Shown piece by piece: positions 61,601 to 64,000 of a stretch of 64,000 nt of DNA (its first letter is position 1; each line of letters starts with the position of its first letter). Under the pieces are notes generated by a model. That model was given only the letters and a program-made list of their open reading frames with translations, had not been told where the DNA came from and searched no databases. Position numbers and translations under genes: made by a program. The stretch is from Eledone cirrhosa (lineage: Eukaryota): assembly GCA_964016885.1 (NCBI GenBank), contig OZ024740.1, forward strand, positions 34,596,001 through 34,660,000, written 5' to 3'.

Positions 61601-63243
61601 ACAGGAAGTAAAATCTATTGGATCGTTTCTTTTACCAACCACTGACACAGGAAGTAAAATCTATTGGATGGTTTCTTGTAACAACCACTGACACAGGTAG
61701 TAAAAACTATTGGATGGTTTCTTGTAACTTGTAATGACACAGGAAGGAAGAGTATTGGATCTTTACTTGTACCAACCACTGACACAGGAAGTAAAAAACT
61801 ATTGGATGGTTACTTGTAACTACCACTGACACAGTAATTAAAATATATTGGATGGTTGCTTGTAACTTGCAATGACACAGGAAGCAAATCTATTGGATGG
61901 TTTCTTGTACCTACCACTGACACAGGAAGTAAAAACTATTGGATGGTTTCTTGTAACTACCACTGACACAGGAAGTAAAAACTATTGGATGGTTTCTTGT
62001 AACTACCACTGACACAGGAAGTAAAAACTATTGGATGGTTTCTTGTACCAACCACTGACACAGGAAGTAAAAACTATTGGATGGTTTCTTGTACCTACCA
62101 CTGACACAGGAAGTAAATATATTGGATGGTTTCTTGTACCTACCACTGACACAGGAAGTAAATATATTGGATGGTTTCTTGTACCTACCACTGACACAGG
62201 AAGTAAAATATATTGGATGGTTTCTTGTAACTTGCAATGACACAGGAAGTAAAAACTATTAGATGGTTCCTTGTAACTACCACTGACAGAGGAACTAAAA
62301 ATTATTGGATTGCTTCAATAACACAGGAAATAATTATTATTGGATGGTTTCTTGTACCACCACTGTCACAGGAATTAAAATCTATTGGATCGTTTCTTGT
62401 ACCAATCACTGACACAGGAGGTAAAAACTATTGGATGGTTTCTTGTAACTTGTAATGACACAGGAAGCAAAATTATTGGATCGTTTCTTGTACCAACCAC
62501 TGACACAGGAAGTAAAAACTATTGGATGGTTTCTTGTACCTACCACTGACACAGGAATTAAAATATATTGGATGGTTTCTTGTAACTTGCAATGACACAG
62601 GAAGTAAATCTATTGGATGGTTACTTGTACCTACCACTGACACAGGAAGTAAAAACTATTAGATGGTTCCTTGTAACTACCACTGACACAGGAAGTAAAT
62701 CTTTTGGATGGTTTCTTGTACCAAGCACTGATACAGGAATTAAATGTAATGGATGGTTTCTTGTACCAACCACTGACACAGGAAGTAAATCTATTGGATG
62801 GTTTCTTGTACCTTCCACTGTCACAGGAAGTAAATCTATTGGATGGTTTCTTGTACCTTCCACTGTCACAGGAAGTAAATCTATTGGATGGTTTCTTGTA
62901 CCAACCACTGATACAGGAAGTAAATCTATTGGATGGTTTCTTGTAACTTGCAATGACACAGGAAGTAAATCTATTGGATGGTTTCTTGTACCTTCCACTG
63001 TCACAGGAAGTAAATCTATTGGATGGTTTCTTGTACCAACCACTGACACAGGAAGTAAATCTATTGGATGGTTTCTTGTACCTTCCACTGTCACAGGAAG
63101 TAAATCTATTGGATGGTTTCTTGTACCAACCACTGACGCAGGAAGTTAATCTATTGGATGGTTTCTTGTACCTACCACTGATACAGGAAGTAAAATCTAT
63201 TGGGTAGTTTCTTGTAACTATGATTGGTACAGGAAGTAAAAAC
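46688..63243. repeat. 45-47-bp satellite/minisatellite tandem array (about 360 monomers), complete within the window
   Basis: Monomer ggaagtaaatctattggatggtttcttgtacctaccactgacaca (45 nt, 40% GC). 46- and 47-nt forms arise from the A-run (gtaaaatct, gtaaaaact). The central module varies (cctaccact / actaccact / ccaaccact / acttgcaat). Confidence 0.99.
56970..62850. repeat. Near-perfect tandem duplication of 2949/2904 bp in the 45-bp array
   Basis: Markers at offset 2949: taactatcactgaaac 57001/59950 and pseudo-ORFs 57113/60062, 57760/60709. Markers at offset 2904 (one 45-mer lost): 58418/61322, 59333/62237 and ccttccactg 59907/62811. Confidence 0.92.
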
Positions 63244-63310
63244 CGACCCTGACACGAATGTTAGATTTGTTTGTACTAATATTTATATTTTGTGTTAAAT
63301 ATAGTAGATT

Positions 63311-63403
63311 ACACACATACACTCACACATACATACATGCATATATACATAATACATACATACAAACATACACACACACACTGACATACACATACATACA
63401 TAC
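63311..63403. repeat. Degenerate (CATA)n/(CA)n microsatellite
   Basis: acacacatacactcacacatacatacatgcatatatacataatacatacatacaaacatacacacacaca... read directly. Confidence 0.9.
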
Positions 63404-63442
63404 CCAGTCCATTCTGAATGATGGTAGTACTGGTGTCGGTAA

Positions 63443-63483
63443 TGCAAAAAGTGCATGCGAGTATTGCAAAAAGTGCATGCGAG
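63443..63483. repeat. 22-bp-period tandem duplication (tgcaaaaagtgcatgcgag x2)
   Basis: Exact 19-mer at 63443-63461 and 63465-63483. Confidence 0.9.
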
Positions 63484-63567
63484 CAAAACATGGTCACCAG
63501 ATCGGCCTAATCCCATTGCGTGATAGTCCTCTAATGCATGCATGTATGGAAAATAGACGTTAAATGT

Positions 63568-63606
63568 GATGATGATGATGATACTATACACATACATACA
63601 TACATA
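63568..63606. repeat. (GAT)5 followed by a short (CATA)n tract
   Basis: gatgatgatgatgat actata cacatacatacatacata read directly. Confidence 0.85.
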
Positions 63607-63810
63607 ATTGTATTATTGTGCTTTTACCACAACCAGTGGATCCTACCAAAGCAATTGTTTTACCAGGTTCTGCAAAGAAGCTTATGCTATGCAAAACCTA
63701 CAACAGTGAAGGTTTTATGTAAATTAATCATGCATAATCATTGAAGATTTGTCACAATAAATAACATTATGATGTGGTTTAAACACACCGAAGATTTAGT
63801 TACACGCACA

Positions 63811-63873
63811 CATACATACATACATACATACATACATACATACATACATACATACATACATACATACATACAT
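63811..63873. repeat. Perfect (CATA)15 microsatellite
   Basis: 60 nt of uninterrupted cata plus cat. Confidence 0.97.
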
Positions 63874-64000
63874 GATGGCTACCGCCTCGTTATCGAGTAT
63901 AGCCATTGCACAATATAACATTATTAATAATTATCAATTAATGCTATAGTGCAATGCCTGTGCCTAAAGATTTTTTTAAAGTGAGGAAAGACTGTAGACT

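Larger units (their letters stand above)
46472..64000 (+). other. Inferred large intron (probably >17.5 kb) downstream of the ABCB exon
   Basis: Starts with GTAAGA and is filled by the 45-bp array. No convincing next exon was seen in 63244-64000, although the expected linker exon is poorly conserved and could be missed. Confidence 0.7.

Noticed and set aside
46614-63207. Overlapping ORFs on both strands with 15-aa repeats (TTDTGSKSIGWFLVP, VVGTRNHPIDLLPVS), up to 200 aa
   Set aside because: A 45-nt period keeps several frames open by chance. Frequent 46/47-nt monomers break the frame, showing no selection for coding.
46688-63243. CRISPR-like constant repeat with a variable segment
   Set aside because: The variable parts are about 10 nt, drawn from a few recurring states, and are not unique spacers. 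There are no cas genes and the context is a spliced eukaryotic gene.
1-63243. Nucleosome-length multiples (3x58=174, 4x45=180)
   Set aside because: Numerical coincidence; no consistent trimer or tetramer periodicity is visible in the variants.
63666-63710. Possible next exon after tttaccAG ([15 protein letters not shown])
   Set aside because: The donor (gtttta) is poor and there is no resemblance to the charged ABCB linker.
63258-63744. ORFs of 62-101 aa in the right unique flank
   Set aside because: They are largely microsatellite-derived (HTYIHT / VCMYV) with no recognisable protein features.

Overview
Eukaryotic, probably animal, non-coding DNA that is about 98% tandem repeat. Positions 1-46113 are a 58-bp satellite (about 800 monomers). 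Its left domain is young and homogeneous with multi-kb higher-order duplications; its right domain is older and diverged. Positions 46688-63243 are a different 45-47-bp satellite (about 360 monomers). Between the two arrays lies a unique island of only about 570 bp. It holds an intact 162-bp, phase 0-0, AG/GT-flanked coding exon (46310-46471, + strand) of an ABCB/P-glycoprotein (MDR) transporter, encoding the H-loop end of a nucleotide-binding domain: [54 protein letters not shown]. The ORF track missed this exon. The window therefore appears to be the interior of an ABCB1-like gene whose introns (>46 kb and probably >17.5 kb) are inflated by two intron-specific satellites. The last ~750 bp are unique sequence with (CATA)n and (GAT)n microsatellites. 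All ORFs in the supplied track appear to be artefacts of translating repeats.
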